A stretch of DNA of 63,988 nt, from assembly GCA_000388065.2 (NCBI GenBank), contig KB932213.1; one strand, written 5' to 3'. This document shows, one piece after another, positions 60,451 through 63,988 of this stretch. The position numbers were made by a program, and so were the translations under genes. Under the pieces are notes generated by a model. The model worked only from the letters and a program-made list of their open reading frames with translations, had not been told where the DNA came from and did not search any database. This stretch comes from Fonticula alba ATCC 38817 (lineage: Eukaryota; Protista; Nucleariida). Numbering within the stretch: the stretch's first letter is position 1; every line of letters begins with the position of its first letter.

Positions 60451-60477
60451 NNNNNNNNNNCCCCCCCCCCCCCCCCC
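60363..60477. repeat. Poly-C/G homopolymer of at least 88 nt, interrupted by a 10-N gap
   Basis: Read directly; the true length is uncertain. Confidence 0.85.
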
Positions 60478-61057
60478 TCCTCCCACGCCTCAGCCCTTGG
60501 GCCGATTTTTCCCGAGGCCGCCCTCTCTCGCCGGGCGCCGAGATCGGGCACATGCCCTTTTGCCCCCCGGGGGAGACCAGGTGTACTTTCTTCCCCCTTT
60601 GGCCGATGGGCGGACGCTCAAGCACGGCAAGCCGCAGGCACATGCGCCTGCGGGCGGCCTGGCACCTCTCTGGGATGTCCCCCCCGGACTGCGGTGGGAA
60701 CATGCCACCGTGTCAAGGGCAGGCCCCAGTGCAACAAGAACCCGGGCAAGAGAGCCGCATACACAGGAGGCGATATTGGGTGCCCGAGCGCGGGAGGAAC
60801 ACGGACGACACACAATACATGCACAAGCACAAACAACAGTTGGGGGATTTTTTTTCGGGGGAGGGAAGGACAGGGAGAGAGTATGTGTTTTGGGAGGAAG
60901 AGGAGGGAGGGGACATCGCCGGCGCGGCTGACGACGGCCAGGGCACACGCATGCACACGAGGGATGAGGGCAAGGGCCAGCACGAGGAAGGGGAGACGAT
61001 GGGTGGAGGCGTGGCCTGGGCGCCATATGGGGGCCATGTGACACAACATCCGTCCCC

Positions 61058-61104
<47 letters not shown>

Positions 61105-61266
61105 GCCGAACAAATACAGATGCGCGGGGGCACGCGCATGTAGATGCATCTACACACGCAGCATGTGCACATTAGAGCACGCACGGGTATGTACATGTGG
61201 ATGTGGATGCGAATGTGGATGAGGATATATATATATATATGGCATGCACATGCGCGGGCGAGTGTA

Positions 61267-61270
<4 letters not shown>

Positions 61271-61320
<50 letters not shown>
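61271..61320. repeat. (TG)25 microsatellite just downstream of the kinase stop codon
   Basis: Read directly. Confidence 0.95.
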
Positions 61321-61321
<1 letters not shown>

Positions 61322-61357
61322 ACACGCTTCCCTTTCTCGGGCTTTCTTTTCTCCCGC

Positions 61358-62985
61358 TTAGCGAGAGTATCCCGGGGCATTGGTCGGCGGCGCGGACAGG
61401 TGCGACGGCGGCTGGCCGGTAAGGGCCGCGGTGGAGGCCGACTCGGAGCCGAAGCGCTTCTGGAAGTAGTTCTGCTCCATGAGCTGGGAGTTCTGCCGGA
61501 CCATGCGACGAATGTTCTTGTCGACCACCGACAGGGGAACCATCTCGTCGGTGTCGAACTGGCGGAACATGTGCTGCTGGGGGCCGGCGGCGGCGGCGGC
61601 GGCGGCCGGGTGGTGGCCGGCCTGAACGGCCGCCACGACCGGCTCGGCCGGCTCCACATCCATCGGCGAGTCCGCCTGCATGATGTCGTCGGTGCTGCTG
61701 TTGTAGACCGATGCGCCGGAGGAGCCGCTGGAGCTCAGGCCATCATCGATGAGGTGGCTCATCATCCGGTCACGGCGCTCCAGAAGGAGGTGGTAGAAAT
61801 TGGTCACCACATTGGGGACAGTCTGGTCATTTTGCTGGAGCAGCTCGCGGCCCTGGACCGGGTCCACGCCGTAGGTGAGCAGCTCGGCGAAGATCTCCTC
61901 ATCAACCTTGGTGATGGGGCCGCGCTCGAGCATGTACGTGGGCGGCGGGCCGTCGTAGCCCTCGCTCAGCCACGGGTGCGTGCGGAGGGTCTCCATGGTG
62001 AGGCGCTCCTTGGGGTTGACACGGATGAGGTTGCCGATGAGATCCTTAGCGACTATGGTGTGGAGATTGGGGGTGGGTGTTGGGGGGNNNNNNNNNNNNN
62101 NNNNNNNNNNNNNNNNNNNNNNNNNNNNNNNNNNNNNNNNNNNNNNNNNNNNNNNNNNNNNNNNNNNNNNNNNNNNNNNNNNNNNNNNNNNAGGGAGAGG
62201 GGGAGTGAAAGGGAAATAGAGGGAGAGAGAGGGAGAGGGAGGGAGAGGGAGGGAGAGGAGAAGAGGAAGTGAAAGGAAAGGAGAGGAAAGGAAATGTAAG
62301 TACAAGAAAGAGGAGAAGCGGGGGGAAAGGGAGACGAGAGGAAGAAGAGGCACGCACGCGGGCTCACATGCTCCGGGTACTCGAAGCGGCCGGAGGTGAT
62401 CTTGGCGTAGAGGACCTTCATGTCGGGGTGCTTGAAGGGCTGGCGGCCGCAAATCATCACGTAGAGCAGGATACCGAGAGACCAGAGGTCCACCTCGGGG
62501 CCACTGTACTTGATGCCCTGCAGCAGCTCGGGCGCCGCGTAGTGCGGGGACCCGATGAAGGAGTCCAGCTGCATGTCGGGCTTGAACTCGCGGCTGAAGC
62601 CGAAATCAATCATCTTCACATCGCCATTCTTGTCCAGCATGACATCTGAGCTCGGGGGGAGGGGGGGNNNNNNNNNNGGGGGGGGGCACGCACTCTCGGG
62701 CTTGATGTCGCGATGGATGAGGGAGTTCCGGTGGCAATAGCTCACGGCGGAGACAATCTGGCGGAAGAGCCGGCGCGACTCGATTTCGGACAGACGATGG
62801 CGCTCGGCATTGCGGATGTACTGAAGCAGCTCGCCACCGGTGACGTGCTCCATGATGAGGACGTAGTAGTCGTTGGTCTCGACCACCTCGTAGAGCATGG
62901 CTGTGTATGTGTGCGGGGGGATGCAGGGCGGGAGGCGCAAGGGGGCGCACGTGCACCGAAAAGCGGGTCAGTATGTGTACATGTG

Positions 62986-63020
<35 letters not shown>

Positions 63021-63769
63021 CGGAGGAGAGGGTGGCCCCCCTGGGGCGTGGAAGGGCCGCCAAACCAGCACCCGGGACGGGGGGCACACGCACTGATGTG
63101 GGGGTGGCACAGGAGCTTGAGGAAGCGGATCTCACGCTGGAGGTGGACATTGCGGCGGCCCTTGTTGAGGTTGGCCTTGGTGATGACCTTGAGGGCAACC
63201 TTCTCGCCGGTGAGCTCATGCTCGCCGAGCTTCACCTCGGCGAAGGACCCCTTACCGAGCGAGGCCCGCACCACATAGTGGCCGATCATCTCGATGGGAG
63301 GCGGGGCACCGGGGACAGCCGGCGGGGCGGCAGTCGGCACGCCGGTAGATGGCTGCTCGGGGGCCCGGGCCCCGGCGGCAGGCCCGGGGGGCGGGCGCCG
63401 CGCGTCAGCCGGGTACCGCTGCTGCTGCTGCTGCTGCTGCGGGTGGTGGAAGTGCTGGGGCTGCTGCTGCGGGGCAGGAGCCGCCGGCTGGGTGGCATAG
63501 CGGCCGCCGGCCTGGGCGGTGTTGGCCGCGTGGGACCCCCCCGGCTGAGCAAGCCCCTGGTTGCTCGGGTGCACGAGGTTGCTGTATGCGGCGTTGGTGG
63601 CCACAGCGCGCTGGGCGAACTGGGCGGCGGCCATGTTGGACGGCGGAACGTTCGGGCTGACGGGCATGCCGTCGGCGCCGGTGCCCTTGTGCTGGCTGGG
63701 GTCGTACTGGCCACCCTGCTGGTAGTGGCCAGCCTGGGTGGGGTGCGGACGAGAGTGCTCGCTGCCCAT
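61358..63769 (-). CDS. AMPK-related (MARK/Kin1/SIK-like) Ser/Thr kinase with UBA domain
   Basis: Exons 63769-63094, 62900-62694, 62645-62358, 62052-61358. Kinase motifs LGKGSFAEVK, VALK, HRDIKPE|N, DFG, GSPHYAAPE and YSGPEVDLWSLG. UBA-like segment VDEEIFAELLTYGVD...NVVTNFYHLLLER. Confidence 0.92.
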
Positions 63770-63988
63770 GGTGACTGTGTGCGGGGTGTGTACATGCATG
63801 TGGATGGGGCGAGAGAGGGGCGGGGGGGGGGGGGGGACGAGTAAGCGATTAGTCGGACAAACAGGCAGACAAGCGGCCCTGCAGATGGGCTGGCGAGGGA
63901 CGAGCAAGTGCCCGTGGAGCGGAGACAAGCCGAGACGTACACGTGCACGCGCCGCAGAGAGGAGAGGGAGAGACTAGGGGGAGGGGGG

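Noticed and set aside
10255-63769. TSC1 and an AMPK-family kinase in one window as a pathway cluster
   Set aside because: They are ~44 kb and many unrelated genes apart, and the kinase is not clearly AMPK itself.
1-63988. rRNA, tRNA, snRNA genes and transposable elements
   Set aside because: No recognisable conserved motifs, transposase/RT domains, terminal repeats or target-site duplications by eye. Covariance-model searches were not run, and the N-gaps could hide such elements.

Overview
Very GC-rich, intron-rich eukaryotic draft scaffold with 13 N-gaps, most abutting poly-G/C runs. No rRNA, tRNA, CRISPR array or transposon was recognised. By hand-splicing I can place 15 protein-coding loci, in order: a partial unknown gene (-), methylmalonyl-CoA epimerase (+), an orphan (-), SEL1L/Hrd3 (+), hamartin/TSC1 (+), FAN1 nuclease (+), an F-BAR protein with four SH3 domains (-), CYFIP/Sra1 (+), a small hydrophobic-hairpin membrane protein (-), a dysbindin-like protein (+), an NPSN-type Qb-SNARE (-), TAF4 (+), a second orphan (-), a ~2,800-aa TALE homeodomain factor with a MEINOX-like N-terminus (-), and an AMPK-related kinase with a UBA domain (-). 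The gene mix (NPSN, CYFIP, MCEE, dysbindin, MEIS/KNOX-like TALE, TAFH-less TAF4) suggests an early-diverging opisthokont such as Fonticula; this is inference, not a database result. Main observations: (1) two 'separate' ORFs splice into one giant MEINOX-TALE gene; (2) a TACTAAC branch point, three competing AG acceptors and a sense A18 tract appear to decide between homeodomain-containing and homeodomain-less products; (3) splice donors are almost all GT(A/G)CG(T/C), with no +4 A among the coding introns; (4) the F-BAR-(SH3)4 architecture; (5) dysbindin and NPSN next to CYFIP. All family calls are from motif recognition by eye, and most long ORFs in the supplied track are GC-shadow frames.
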